64,000 bases of DNA from Octopus sinensis (GCF_006345805.1 NC_043005.1:107074001-107138000), one strand, 5' to 3'; positions 1 through 14,799 are shown, counted from the stretch's first letter. Translations and numbers: made by a program. Notes: a model not told the origin generated them from the letters alone.

Positions 1-164
1 CACCAAGTAAGGAAAACGATGTCGCAAACGAGAGGGGAAAGTTGTGCTACTTCGCTAAATGTATATGATACGAAAGATTCCATATTTCAGCATTTGAATT
101 CAAAACATTAAGCCCGTTATTCCATTCAGGAGTTCGTTTCAAATTTAGTTCTGTTTCTTTAGCG

Positions 165-267
165 TAAGATATACATACATATATATATATATATATATTA
201 TATATATCGCATGGTCCCTTTTCCCTCTCTGCTTCTTTCTTTCATTCTTTCTCTGTATGTGTGTATG

Positions 268-327
<60 letters not shown>

Positions 328-540
328 ATATAATATATATATATATATATGTATGTATATATATATATATATTATATATATGTATGTATGTATATATATA
401 TATATGTGTATGTATGTATGTAGGTATGTATATATATATATATATAATATTATATATATATATACATATATACATACAGGCATATATATATATATATGCA
501 ATATTACACATGCATACATGTATGAATAGACACAGACACA
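165..540. repeat. (AT)n/(ATGT)n compound microsatellite
   Basis: Direct reading; source of the YIYI ORFs. Confidence 0.95.
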
Positions 541-1266
541 CACACGGTCACACACATATATGAGTAAACACAATCTAGAAACATTGCGAACGTGAGCTGA
601 TCACCGTGTCAGTCGATCAACATTTTGCATTGGTATTAATAGTAATAATATAGAGTTACTATATTTACGAAGACTACAAGCACCACAAATACAATCGCCG
701 CCACAACCCTACCCCTGCAGTATCACCACCACATTTACCACCCAAACAACCACCACTACCACTGCCAATTACCACCACCATCACAACCCACATGAAGTGA
801 TCAGGCTGTTGTCCTTGCCTCCATCAATCATTTAACAGTGTAGATGCTATTTTCTTCTCTTTTAAATTTTTTTCCTGTGTCCGGCAAGCCACTTTGTCCG
901 ACAGTTGTATTAATTATCGTTATATATATGCGAGATATTTTATTGTGCAAACAAAGCGAAGGGTAAGCTAGGGTCGAATATATTTTAATATGACGGAAAT
1001 TATTGCTGTAGAAATAGAAATATCATACATGTCGCCATTTCTACATTTAGAAAATATACATACTAGACGGTTTATTCAACAGGGTGTTTGTATAGCTTTG
1101 TTTCCTTGCTTTTCTTTGCTCTCTCCTTTTCCTGTCATATTCTTTCTGGTAGTGGACTCTGTGTCCTGAGTATGTATACATTTATATATATATATATCCA
1201 CTGATACATGCACATGCATTCACATATGCATAGACAGATACATACATACATACATACCTACATACA

Positions 1267-1484
1267 TGTTTGTTCCTTCTTGATCCACGCCTGGCTCATA
1301 GGGCCGGTTTTCGTGCCGTATACATTTTCATCTGCTCAGGACGCCAGTCCGTCGCAGAATTACACAACTTTTGCCAGCTGAGTTGACTGGACCAATGTGA
1401 AATAAAATGTTTTTCTTGAAGGCACAACGCTCAGCCGGCAATCGAACTCACAATCTTATGATCGTGATCCGAATACGGTAACCA
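1267..1484 (-). mobile_element. tRNA-headed SINE, family with 'ctgcgacggactggcgtcc' domain (MetaSINE-like), degenerate
   Basis: Minus strand: B-box-like 'gagttcgattgcc', then 'ctgcgacggactggcgtcc' and tail 'aaaccggccctatgagcc...aagaaggaacaaaca', shared with 4991-5296 and 46061-46361. Confidence 0.75.
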
Positions 1485-1544
1485 AAACTTAGAAGGCTTT
1501 CACTAACAAAAGCTCCCTTCAATATTAATAAATTAAATCTAAAT

Positions 1545-1990
1545 ACTATGTGACTAACAACAAAGTTCTGGAAAGTGCGAAGAGTCAAAGTATCGAATCA
1601 GTGATTATGAAACACAGTCTTCGATTCTCAGGACACGTAGCAAAAACGGAGGAGTCAAGATTCCTACACGAAATCTCATTCAGCAATCTGTCTTCAGGGA
1701 AAAGGCCAGGGGTTGTCCTCTTCGATGATATAAGGAGCAACTCAAAGCAACACTGAAAGTCACTGGCCTTGAATGTAAATCGTTCGAAACACAAGCCGGA
1801 GACCGTATAAATAGGCTGTGTTCCATCACAACATCTTTGAACCCACTAAAACACGAAAGGAAGAAATCAAATGGCAAGAGAGAAAGACTCAAGGAAATCT
1901 ACCTCGTCCTTCACAATCATTTAGCATGCAGTAAATGCCATCCACTCTTCCATGCAAGAATTGGTCTACATAGTGGTTAACGCCTTTGCC
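1545..1990 (+). mobile_element. RTE-clade LINE 3' end, decayed
   Basis: ORF 1550-1756 (TNNKVLESAKSQSIESVIMKHSLRFSGHVAKTEESRF...GKRP) matches the RTE C-terminal pattern TN.EVL.RA..SIE...LRW.GHV.RM.D.R.PK...GKR. Confidence 0.75.
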
Positions 1991-2033
1991 ATAAAGGAAA
2001 TTTTCAGCAAATATACGAGATAAACCTGAAGAC

Positions 2034-2307
<274 letters not shown>

Positions 2308-4990
2308 TCAGATGTAGAAGTGATTGTTGGAGTAAAGTCTACGTATCTGGCTGGAAAGCAATTTGGAGAAGTTAGGCCTCACGAAGCCAGAAAGACGTGT
2401 ATATCAACGCGTATATAACCACGTAGGCAATGTCTGCATGGACAAATATATACATAGACAGGCTCTGAGGAGATACATACATTATACATACGTATAATAT
2501 TTGTGTGTGTGTATGTGTGTATACACGTATTGATATGCTCGATGTTGTCCAATCTGTAAAGGCCCTTGCTTTTCGGGTTGGAAATTTGCTCTTAATGTTG
2601 AAAATGTGAAATATATGATTTGAACCTACATACAGGTATACATATATACATACATAAATACATACAAATATAATACGTACATAAATACACTCGTACGTAA
2701 TATATACATAAATACGTCCTTAACACATGCAGAGCATTCTGTTTGTCTGCTCATCTTGAATGAGCCGTTAACAAGGTCGCTCTGGCTGAAGGAATTATCA
2801 ACCAAATCACTTTCAAATGCTATCTTACCATATTAAGAAATAAGGATGCATATGTGTGCGTGTGTATCTCAATATATTCACGCATGCGTCTCTTTGTTTA
2901 CAATAGACAAGACAGCCAAATGAACCGGACATGTCAGACAAATAGGCTAAAATAATAAACCACACACATAGACGTACGCTCACACACGTGCACACATCCA
3001 TATACGTATACGTATACACACACACACACACACATATATATGTGTATCACGGGAGATAACTCTTTGGTTGCAGTTTATCAATATGATGACAGCGAGTTAA
3101 CGCTCTAAAAGCCTCCATATATTTCACTGAGCAAAAGAAGCATGGCAGTTGTCCAAGAGTGGGAAAACGGCTTTCAAAACTGACATTAAGCTATATCGAA
3201 TATAGTTAAGCAATATCAGACATGTCTGCCAAACGTGCAGCCATTATCTTTCAACAGAACGTCAATGACAATATGTCATTCACCATAGTTTGGCAGCTAT
3301 GTAAAGATCGATGGGGGCTGCGATGTTGAGTGGCTGCGGAAGTCGTAAATGGTAAAAGTTTCAAATTGCTGTTATTGAAAAGCAATAAATGTAAATACCA
3401 CAGCAATTTGTTCTCTGTTCCCCCACATATTAGATATGTGTATATATTTACATACATAAGTACAGTCACATACTCACTCAAGCACAAACACACATTCATC
3501 TAATATCTTACCGGTTTCAGTCATTCGTTTGTATATTAGGATATTTTTAAGGGTTCTAAGCGATCATACTGACCCTAGTATTTCACTGGTTTGTCCATAT
3601 ATAAGTAAATTGATGCCATAGTCTTGAATGGAAAACTGGGTGTTGCACGTGTAATATAGTTTTAACATAAATATTGTTAAATTACAACGATGAACTCAAA
3701 CGTAACTTTGCGGTGTTTGAAAGAATTGCAATGTGAGGACCCAAGAATTAGAAAAGCAGAGTAAGTGTAAGCATTTTGCGGGAAATTACTTTGGTTTTCG
3801 TGTGCCTCTGGTTGTGTAGCTACTTTCACTACGTACCTGATCACCTGAAAATGATCCCTGCTAACCCTATATTAAGAGGGAGTTTCAATGTAGATAAACA
3901 TCACACTATCGAACTCTATTTAAACGCTATGGAACTGTATTTTAATGCTGATAATTAAGAAACATTATGGTAACCAATTCTTCACAATACAATATAGAAC
4001 CACGTTGCATAAATATACAAACATACTTTCCCTGCTTCCATCGTCTCACCTTAATCGTTCGTTGCCTTTCAAAACTATGTAGAAATATCTTCTGTTATGA
4101 TATTTCTTCAACTAAATACCTCTGTAACAACACACCTGTACTTCTAGTTCCTCTAGTTCCTCAGCAGAAGTTCTGAAGTAGGCAATGGCTACAGTCCTTA
4201 TTCAAAATAGTTATCATTCTACTCATCACCAAAACATCTACTGCTGCATGTTCTGCTTAATCAACTAAACTTCATCTGTAAAACAAAACCTGATCCTGAC
4301 ATTCTAATCACCACTTATATCAGACTTATATTGTTTAATATTTGATTCTATAATCTAAAACAACAACAAAAATTAAACAAAAAGATACATAGCTTGCATT
4401 CAGTTTTCATTACCATTAAGCTATCCACTCCTTTCACTTGATCCTTAACCTCTTACAACCGTTTAAACCGATTTTCTGTGTAAACGTACGAAAGTGTTTT
4501 ACCATGTAGTAACCATGAGATTTTTAGCTGTACAACGTCCTTGCTAAGTTTAATAAAGAAATATTTTTGTATCCAACCCAAGATTATTTCAATAAAAATT
4601 AAAGTAACAGTTTTTTTTCATCATTAATATTTGATGCATTTAATGTTATTTACAATCAATGTAATAAACTTTATGATTATCAATTGCCAAGGAAACATTA
4701 AAATCATGGAGACCATGCAGATCTCAGGATATCTGGTTGCAGAATATACCGAAATGATTTAGTAGTATAATCGCTGGTCCTAAAGGAAGCATTAAACCAA
4801 TTGATCAAAGTAAAAATATACTAATTAACATAGCAAACAGGGGTGCTTCTCTTTGTTTGCTCGACCTATTAGAAGTAATACCCAACTTTCTTTGAAATCA
4901 TATCCTAGTTTATAAAGACACAAAGATGGATTTCACAAAGATGTATTTGTAAAAGTAGCTACGGTATTTATCCCAAGTCTATTAAATTAA

Positions 4991-5296
4991 GGAGGCACAT
5001 GGCCTAGTGTTTAGAGCAGCGGACTCGCAGTCGAGGGATCGCGGGTTCGAATCTCAGACCGGGCGATGTGTGTGTTTATGAGCGAAACACCTAAGCTCCA
5101 CGCGGCTCCAGCAGAAGGTAATGGCGAACTTCTGCTGACTTTTTTCGCCACAACTTTCTCTCACTCTTTCCTCCTGCATCTAGCAGCTCACCTGCAACGG
5201 ACCGGCGTCCCGTCCAGGTGGGGAACCTATACACCATGGTAACCGGGAAACCGACCCTATGAGCCAGACGTGGCTAGAGAAGGGACAAACAACAAC
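4991..5296 (+). mobile_element. Full-length tRNA-headed SINE (MetaSINE-like central domain, (AAC)n tail)
   Basis: A box 'tggcctagtg', B box 'ggttcgaatc', 'cctgcaacggaccggcgtcccgtccagg', tail 'gaagggacaaacaacaac'; close inverted copy at 46061-46361. Confidence 0.9.
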
Positions 5297-5544
5297 TATT
5301 AAATTAAGGCTCACTTTTGGCTAAATAACGACAAAAACAAGAACTTAGTCGTCACAAGCTAGTGAGTATGGTTCAGTAACATTTACTGAGCTTTCTTTGA
5401 TTGTTGAAGGAACTTACGCAGTTGCGAGATGAAAAAGATGTCCTCTTGGCCCCTCCAATCGTGATCTAATAGAACGTCGAATATGTGACAGCTGCAAGGG
5501 AAGAAAATCGCAGCAACACTCAATAGGTCGTCGTTTTGAACTAA

Positions 5545-5660
5545 GGAGACTGGAGGAATGTGAAGTGTTATATCTTGTTCAGAGACACTACGCTCTACCC
5601 GATACAGGAGTCGAACTCATGACGTTATGATTCTGAACTCAACTCGCTAGTCCACTTGAC
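5545..5660 (-). mobile_element. SINE head fragment related to 1267-1484
   Basis: 'gagtcgaactcatgacgttatgattctgaactc' parallels the head region at 1435-1475. Confidence 0.5.
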
Positions 5661-5699
5661 TGTGTAATAAGACTATGTCATTATTTCTATTGCTGTAAA

Positions 5700-5880
5700 G
5701 GGGGCGAGCTTGCAGAATCGTTAGTACCCCGGGCAAAATGCTGAGAGGTATTTCGTTCGTTTACACATTATGAGTTCAAATTCAATAGAGGTCGACTTCA
5801 TATTTCATCCTTTCCTGATCGATAAAATAAGTACTAGTTGAGTATTTTGGGTCGCCGTAAGCGACTATCCCCCACCCGCA
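5700..5880 (+). mobile_element. tRNA-derived SINE, 'ggcgagctggcagaatcgttag' family (octopus OK-like)
   Basis: Homologous to 14422-14635 and 27973-28132 (gagttcaaatt...gaggtcgactt...cgataaaataagtac). Confidence 0.85.
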
Positions 5881-6136
5881 TGCAACGAACTTATTTACTA
5901 CAAAGTGGTACTTGCCATTGTCAGTTGAATTATTTAGTTATAAACACAGAGTATTTAAGTTCGATGCTTTATCGACTCGCTAAACTACTGCTCTAAAATG
6001 TGAGGTCACCGCTCTAAAGGATAAGTTTGCTAGGTAGCACCGAGAATCTATTTTCATTTATTTGAATCCCAGTTTTCTCTAATCTAAATGAAAATGTCTG
6101 AACGCTGCAAGAAAACTCACACAAAATAAAAGCTTC

Positions 6137-6323
6137 ATATTTTGGCACAAGACCAGCAGTTTTTAAGGGGAAGAGAAGGTCGATTGTATCGACCTTAATA
6201 CTTGACTTGTACTTATTTTATTGATTCAGAAATGATGTAAGGCAAAGTCGACCTCGACAGCATTTGAACTCAGAAAGTAATGACGGACAGAATGCCGTTA
6301 AACATCTTGTCCAACTTGCTAAC

Positions 6324-6328
<5 letters not shown>
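6137..6328 (-). mobile_element. OK-like SINE, abutting (CT)n at 6328-6382
   Basis: Reverse complement of the family core 'aaggcaaagtcgacctcg...atttgaactcag'. Confidence 0.85.
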
Positions 6329-6384
<56 letters not shown>

Positions 6385-7799
6385 CACACACACACGCACA
6401 AATACATTTGTCATTAAGCTGTAAGAACATCGTAAATAGTGATAGAATTTGTAGTCAAATAGTCATAAATGTACACTCTAAATATTTAAAAGAGGAAAGG
6501 TCACACTAAGCAATGTAGTTCTTGAGCGACAAATAGACAGATAGCCATTGGCCAACTCGATGCAGACATACTCAGGATTAAACAACAATTACAACATCAT
6601 ACCCTCGTTTTACGATATGATTCATGCCACGCATCAATGATGGTTACGAACAACCATCATCATAGACGTAAGAAATTATTAATGCAGCTGAGGTTTAAAG
6701 GAGACCAAATGCGAAACCTTTTAGCCATATAAGTCCATATCTTTATCAGTCAAGCTAGTTGTCTCTATAATAGTTAGAGATGTAACGATAATAAACTAAG
6801 TATATTTTATTTAGTTTTTCTTGTGTATATTTTTATTTCTATTTTGCATTATTTTCCCCCACCTCTACCGAACAAAGCTTCGTTGAAATCAGGCCAAGCC
6901 ACACTTCGGTTTTCATCCTTCTGTAATCAATAAAATGAATAATTACCAAGTTTTGTTACTTTTCAATATTCATGCGATAATTATCCTATATATAAGTTTT
7001 TTTCTTCTTTTTTTATCGGCTTCCTCCCTTACATTTCCATTTACACAGCAGCACCAACACGAATACAATACAACCAATACACAGAAATGTAAACACGCGC
7101 TTACCCCTCATACACATATACACACACACGCACACACAAATGCAAACTCACACGCACTTATATACATTTGATATTCTATCTTTAATATTACTTTCCGCTA
7201 ATTGGTATCGATTAAAAATATACCCAACCCAACAACAGAGCTAAGGTAATAAGTAATCTCCTCTGCTCCCCTCCCTTCCATAGTTACCGTCTTCACGTTT
7301 TAGTACGGGGTGGGCAGAGTGGGAAGACAACATTATGTGTCATTATATCGGGCAGACTGTTAAAGATTATCAAGTAAAAAGTGCACAGGTATATGTGTGT
7401 GTGTGTGTATGCGCCTTCATATACGTTTGTACATGCATACATATGCATAGACACACACACTCTAACAAGCACATATATATGCGTAATCATTGACGTGTGT
7501 CTGTATCTGTGTTTGTGTGTTTATATACGGATCATATATCTTTATTTTGATTGTCTCCTCTCTTGTTTTGTTTCAAATGTTTATTTGTCCAAGTTAATCC
7601 ACACTGCACCTGTCCCTTTTTCAAAACCACCTTCGTCTCCCATCCCCATATCAAAAGTGACAGCGCACGTCTCACTGCCGACGTGTGACAAACAACTCCA
7701 CAACACCCTTTATATGTTCAACCTGACTGTCACCAACAAGTTAACACCCTTTTGTCGATGTTGCTAACAGAACAACACATCAAAACAACAAAGAGTCGA

Positions 7800-8060
7800 A
7801 GAAACTTGGAGTAGTCGAAGAACCAACTTGAAATAGAAGCCACAATTCTCTCAAAATTCAGCCGAACTAAGAAGGAAGGCTAATCGACGTAATCCAGGAT
7901 ATACTAAACTTGAAACACATGAAGATAAGATGACTAGGACTGGAATGCCATTGATTATATGCTTGGTGGATCAAGACTGTTCAGGGATTAGACACCAAGA
8001 ACGACAATAACCCTTCATTGAAAATTCAACATCCCAAGAGAATATAAAAGTGAACACTGC
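7800..8060 (+). mobile_element. Very old RTE-like reverse transcriptase remnant
   Basis: Reads ...EDKMTRTGMPLIICLVDQ..., resembling EK.RE...PL..CF.DY.KAFD; weak similarity. Confidence 0.35.
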
Positions 8061-9002
8061 CAAAAATCTGCACTGAATATCCCGAAGTGAGAGCGATCTT
8101 TTACTCACAACACACCTGATACCTCATCTCAACTAGTTAGACTTTTATCCTCTTAACACGACGAAAGGAAAAAGAAGCTAATATTAGTGCTTAGTCACTG
8201 ACAATTTCATTGTATACCTGACTATGTAGGAGCGGAGAGATGATAGACTCTAGTGAAAAAGCTCAATAAAATAAGGATTCTAATGTGCTCTTCTCTCTCA
8301 TTGAAAATGTAGTCTTGGTCACAATTCACAAGTAAAGATTTTTTCAATAGACAAGAGCTACCACCACCACTATCACCACCACCGTCAGCAACACTACCAT
8401 TACCGTAATCACTATCTTATTCCACCTCTTCCTCGTCATCATCAACAGCATCATTACCATCAGCTTAAGCGTGCTCCTTAAGATCTCGCTCACAATTAAA
8501 ATTCATCACCATCTCTCAAATCATTCATGTGTTGTAGTAGGCCAAGGAAAATTTCAGCGTCCAACACCAGAGAAAATAATCCCCAACGTGCACGCTAGAT
8601 AACTTTTAACTGCTGCAAGGCCATCATTGGAAACATGATGGCTTCCTTTGTTCATCTCATCTTGCAAAACCGTATACCTTAACAGATCCGTTTAATTCTT
8701 CGTGAACAACCAACTCCACTCTATTCAAATTCATCTTTCATTGGTCCACAAAGATCACTAACATGCGTTCTTATGTACCAAGTACTTATGTGCTCTCGCT
8801 TAAAAGTCATCGGAGCTGATGATATTATCATTACTCTCAAAGTTATGCAGCCCCTTGTCGTTGATGAGGTAGACCTTATTATCATTGAACAACTTACTCT
8901 CAATCTCTTTATCGAACTTTATCGTTTCCCATTCTCAAGACGTGCACCTACTCAGACCCCACCAACATTTGTACTATTGCATCACCTGTTATTTTATGTC
9001 AA

Positions 9003-9233
9003 AGTAGATCATCTCTTCTCCAACACCAGAAGACACCTGAGAGGGAAAGAGTATCGCAGTGATAACGACCTCATGTCTGCTGTTGATGATTTTTGTGACC
9101 AACAGGAAGCACTGCATTTCCGATTGAAGAATTGTGTGTTGACCACAAAAGGCCTATGTTGAAAAGTAAACTCATTTGGTCACATTCCTTGGGAGTATCT
9201 TGGTCAGGTTATGAACTTTTGAGCCGACCTTCG
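9003..9233 (+). mobile_element. Mariner 3' fragment (transposase C-terminus plus right TIR)
   Basis: DHLFSNTRRHLRGKEYRSDNDLMSAVDDFCDQQ...KNCV follows the mariner YSPDLAP.D.HLF tail; terminal 'ttatgaacttttgagccgaccttcg' resembles the TIR at 59549-59578. Confidence 0.85.
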
Positions 9234-10321
9234 AATTAGGGACAGCAACAATATATAGGTAAGTACTGGATACCTGAACACGCAGGATGTTTTTTGCTGT
9301 TCACCGGAATGAATCGCCTTAACACTTCAGACCGGGAAATAAAATCATATAATGATAATAAAAACAAAATTGTGATTAATTATTGATTAATGGAATTCGG
9401 TGCTGGCTATGTTGAATGGATGGAACAGGAAGGGAAGTTTTCGTAATCTATCATACACAACACGTTATACTCATTTACACAATATTTCAAATCAGTTGTA
9501 ACATTCTAGCTTGGTGTACATAGACACCATAGTGAGTTTTATTGCTAACGCTGCAATATTATATAGTATAATAAAGGGAAGCTAAAATCATTACCTCCAC
9601 CATTTCATCTACTACAACACCGCCGTCGCTACACCAACGTCTGTACTACTTTTTCAACAACCACTGCAGCACCTTCAATCTCCAATAGCATTGCATAGGG
9701 AATCAACACCTTTATTCCAGTACACCAGCTGCTACGCAACAACAATCATTACCGCAACGCCACAATGCTATCAGCGATAACAGCAGCACTACAATAATAG
9801 TTAGACTGGTACTATCACCGATACTAATCTTTACAATTAGTAGAACTACCACCAAATCTTCAACCAAATGAGAACACAGTCACAATAATTCCCGCTTAAT
9901 CCCCAAATCGTCACCATCGAAAACAACTTAAATTATCGCTCTCAAGTTAACAGTCCGTAAACTTACACCGTACTATAGCAACAAGTGCCGTGATAATCGG
10001 GACCAGTATAAGAAGTCAAACCTAGCAGTCTAGCGCCTTCTACATGATAAAGTCAAGATGTCGGGCCGAGAAATTTACATCGCGAGATATCAAACTCTCT
10101 CATCCCACATGACACTCCAACAACATCTCCCTACTAAAGAAAAAAGAAACAAACATTGCCACAACCATTCTCCCCCAGAATCATGCGATACTCTCTATAA
10201 CGTATCACGACCATAGTTAAAACTATCGTAAACATACATAGAAGCCACGCAGGGTAACATGGTATCTTCATTAGCAGAACCATCGATGACACCGTAGCCA
10301 GATTGCAATCGCACAACATTA

Positions 10322-10704
10322 TCTCTCTATATATAAAGCTGAAGTTGTCTGTGTATGGCAGGGTTGGTAGCCTTCAACTAACACTATCTCCTCCGAGACC
10401 CTGCGGTGCAAGTTGACTAAAATTGAGAGTATGATAGAAGAAGGCTTGCTCTTCATTCCGTAGAAGAACAAATTCAAATCGGACCAAGTTAACACCAAAA
10501 ATTATTTACATCAAAAAGGTGCTTTTTTTTCTTTGAAAATCCCTATTTTTTTACTCTTGGGTCGCCAGGTTTCGGTGTATTTCAACCAGAAAAATGTTCA
10601 CTTAAAGAAAATAACAAGCTACATAATGCAAAATTATTACTTTTAAAAAATTCCAATTCTAAAGGGTCGAAACAAACCCGAGCAACGCCAGACGATACTG
10701 CCAG
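10322..10704 (+). mobile_element. Probable non-autonomous Helitron (~383 bp)
   Basis: Starts A|TC...tatatataaag; ends with decayed hairpin 'cccgagcaacgccagac', then 'gatactgCCAG|T' (CTAG-like); lies between A and T with no TSD. Confidence 0.55.
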
Positions 10705-11129
10705 TACAGTATAAAATTAGCAAAAGTGCAGACGTCATCACACAGAATATCAACACAGCACCAACAACAATGACAACAGCACCATCAGATCAGTAAACTT
10801 TAATCATATACGCAACACAAAGACTATCAGCATTGGTACCACAATCACCGTAGCACGTCAACACACCTACATCATCCACATGACAACGCAATCACCATTC
10901 CATATAGCAGCATCTTCGTTGCTATGATTATCCCCACAAAACTTCAAATGCAACCCCCACCCATCAAATAATGTCCATCCCGATCATCAGAACCCAGCAT
11001 ATTAACACATCGCCACCATCCACGTGACACCAACAGCAAATTCTACCGGCAAATCACGACACACAAAACGCCATCACGACCACCACAAACAGCACCGCAC
11101 GTAACACCGAAACCATCACCGCATCACCA

Positions 11130-11235
11130 AAACCACCACCACCACCACCACCACCACCACCACCATCACCATCACCACCATCACCACCATCACAACCAAG
11201 CCACCACCACCACTACCACCACCACCACCATTACA
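11130..11235. repeat. (CAC/CAT)n triplet tract
   Basis: Direct reading. Confidence 0.9.
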
Positions 11236-11624
11236 ACAACACAGCAACAAACACCGCACAACGTTTCATACAAATGCACCGACAGATTAAAGAAGCAGGC
11301 ACAGAAAGAAAAGCAAATATCCGGATTGCAGTTATAAGCTGCTCTGTTCCTATACAAGATTTGATCAGTGATGGATATGTCCTCACTGGCAATCACTGTG
11401 GATTGGATAGTCAGAGCCTTTATTAACCCAGTGCTTAACAATGCAGAAACACTTTCAAAAAATTCATCAAAAGCCCCGAGCTAGAGCTGATCTCTGTTTA
11501 TTATCGGAGGATGGAGATTTTTATGTGATTCTTTTTTGTTGCTAAACATATCGTTGTTGTGTTGTATGATGCAATAATAATCAGTGAGGATGATCCTTAT
11601 ACAATATAAGAGTATTTATACATG

Positions 11625-11669
11625 GACACATACACATATATATATACATATATATACGTATATAAATAC

Positions 11670-11741
<72 letters not shown>

Positions 11742-11864
11742 GTATATATATATATATGTATACATATGTATATATACAAATATATACTTATATACATATG
11801 CATATATGTATGCATGTATGTATATATACATATATACATGCATATATATACGTATATATTATAT

Positions 11865-11901
<37 letters not shown>

Positions 11902-12015
11902 GTATACATATGTATATATACATATATATACTTATATATATATATATATGTATATATGTATATATACATACATGCATACCTATATGTATAAGTATATATA
12001 TTTATACATGTATAT
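11625..12015. repeat. (AT)n-based compound microsatellite
   Basis: Direct reading. Confidence 0.95.
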
Positions 12016-12175
12016 ATAACGGACACCACAACAATATCAGTACATATTTAGAGAATGATAAAGAGCAACATATGGGACGCAAACCATGTATGTATTGCTG
12101 TACAAGTGTAATCGAACACAAAATACACAACACACCTTACTTCTCACATTCTCTCTCGCCCTCTCTCACTTTCTT

Positions 12176-12222
<47 letters not shown>

Positions 12223-12743
12223 TGTGTGTGTGTGCTTGTGTTTGTTTAGGGGTGTGTTAGAACCCGTGACTGCATACACACATATATAAGTATACATTAA
12301 GCAATTCACTGACGTTGGAAACGAAAAATGATAGCCAAACTGGAAATTGAAAGTGAAAATAGAATTGTAGTTTAGAAAGAGACCTGGGCTGTCTTAGCAA
12401 TGATTTATTACTTAGCCAGGATTAACAGATAGAAAGATATTCGGTGAAAATTGATCTCCAGCTTTCGCTGACTCATGCAACTTGCCAGTTTGTATTAAAA
12501 GATATACATACTAGTATTATATATAATTTGTATGGGTTCTCCACCCCCACCGCCGCCACGCCATCTTTCTGTTACATATTTATATTTCATTTTCGTTTAG
12601 ATCCAATGTTTTGTGTGTGCCGCTTCTCATCTCCGTTAATATAAACCGTGCTTCTATAACTCTTACACATCTTTACGCTTTCCCCATTGTGCGAGCGTGT
12701 TTTGTTTCTCTTTTACCTTTTTAGGGCGGCTTGCGAGAGAGAC

Positions 12744-12756
12744 TACAACAACAACA

Positions 12757-12798
<42 letters not shown>

Positions 12799-12875
12799 GC
12801 TGCTACTACTACTCTACTACTACTACTACTGCTGTTGCTGCCGCTGCTGCTGCTGCTGCCGCCGCTGCTGCCGTC
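12744..12875. repeat. Compound triplet tract (CAA)(CTA)n(CTG/CCG)n
   Basis: Direct reading. Confidence 0.9.
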
Positions 12876-13019
12876 ACCGTTTCGATTTTTTTAACCTTTT
12901 AACAAACTGTATTTTCTCTAGAATTGTTTCGTTGCCACTGCCTTGTCACTACAGGGGACAAAACTCATATGGTGACATGATGCACCTACACTATACTAAA
13001 GGTTCAAGTTTTGCTAAGA

Positions 13020-13071
13020 GAGAGAGAGAGAAAGAGAGATAGATAGATAGATAGACAGATAGATAGATAGA

Positions 13072-13108
<37 letters not shown>

Positions 13109-13186
13109 CAGGCAGACAGACAGACAGACAGATAGACAGGCAGACAGACAGACATACAGATAGATAGATAGATAGAGAGATAGATT

Positions 13187-13219
<33 letters not shown>

Positions 13220-13220
13220 C
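13020..13220. repeat. (AGAT)n/(AGAC)n/(GA)n
   Basis: Direct reading. Confidence 0.95.
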
Positions 13221-14019
13221 GAGGAGAAATTGAGTGTAGAGAGAAGGGTGCTGCAAATCTGTAAAATTGTTGGAAACTGTGTGATATCGCCCTCAATGGA
13301 CCTAAACTCAGGCCTTGCATGTAGACAGCAGAATACACCAGGTAATAAAGAATTACGCTTTGTAGTGAGGGCAATCTTGGCTCGGTGGGGTAACCTGAGT
13401 GGCTTTAAGCGGCACTTGACTACATATTATGGAAATGTCTACCTTTTGATATTCTTTATTTATTTTCTTTTTTACTCTATGACATTACCTCTTAGTTTTA
13501 AATCTTATCCTTCTACTGAACCCAAAGGTTTCTGGCCCATGTCCCCAACTAAGTGAACAATTGTACCACAGGAGTTTCGGACAAAATACCTTGCAATATT
13601 TCTTACGGGTTTTCCCCGTCTGACCTCAAATTTGGCAGAGATCAACATTCTCTTTCATACTTCGAGAATCGATAAAATAAAATACCAGTCAAGTCAATGA
13701 AATCGACGACACCTGCCCACAGAATTCCTTCCGTTTTGTTCTTAAATCAGGAACCATTCTTCTTCCGAATATTCCAGAAAGCATGTTCAGTATTGGTCAA
13801 CAAGAGCAAACTCACCACATCATTTTATTAGCTGTAACGTTACAAATTATAGTCCGATGTAAATTTTATCTTTCGGGACAGCTTTTACCCATGTCATCAT
13901 TAAATAGTTATTCCCTAAGATTTCATCCAGCAACGGCGGTTTTAGTTCGGCCATATTAAAGACACCGACACATTTACTAAATAGTCTCAGTTTCTGAGAT
14001 ATTCCAAATTGATGAATAT

Positions 14020-14135
14020 ATACGTACGTTCCGAGTTGAAATTCTGAGGCAGACGACATTAACTTTTCATCTTTCTGAGGAGGATAGAAAAAAAATACCA
14101 GTTGTGTACTGGAGCAGACGTAGTCGACTGCCACT
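14020..14135 (+). mobile_element. Degenerate OK-like SINE, followed by (ATT)n at 14157-14420
   Basis: 'ttccgagttgaaattctgaggcagacgac...ataccagttgtgtactggagcagacgtagtcgac' aligns to the family core. Confidence 0.6.
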
Positions 14136-14155
14136 GTTTTTCCTCCTCCTCCTCC

Positions 14156-14221
<66 letters not shown>

Positions 14222-14241
14222 TACTATTATTATTATTATTA

Positions 14242-14302
<61 letters not shown>

Positions 14303-14334
14303 CATTATTATCATTATTGTCATTATTATCATTA

Positions 14335-14401
<67 letters not shown>

Positions 14402-14421
14402 CATTATTATTATTATTATCA

Positions 14422-14729
14422 GGGCGGTGAGCAGTCAGAATCGTTAGCATGCTGGGTCAAATGCTTAGCAGCATTTCGTCCGTCTTCATGTTCTGAGTTC
14501 GAATTCCACCGAGGTCTACTTTGCCTTTCATCCTTCCGTAGTCCATAAAATAAGTACAAGTTCGACACTGGGGTCGATGTAATCGATTCATTCCGTTCCC
14601 CAAAATTGCTGCCCTTGTGGAAAAATTTGAATCCATTATTATTATTACTATCATCATCAGCAGAAGCAGCAACATCATTATTATTGTATTCTTACTGTTA
14701 TACATATATCATCATTATAATTATTATTA

Positions 14730-14799
<70 letters not shown>

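Noticed and set aside
4991-5060. tRNA gene
   Set aside because: A and B boxes are present but continue into a SINE body; no acceptor stem
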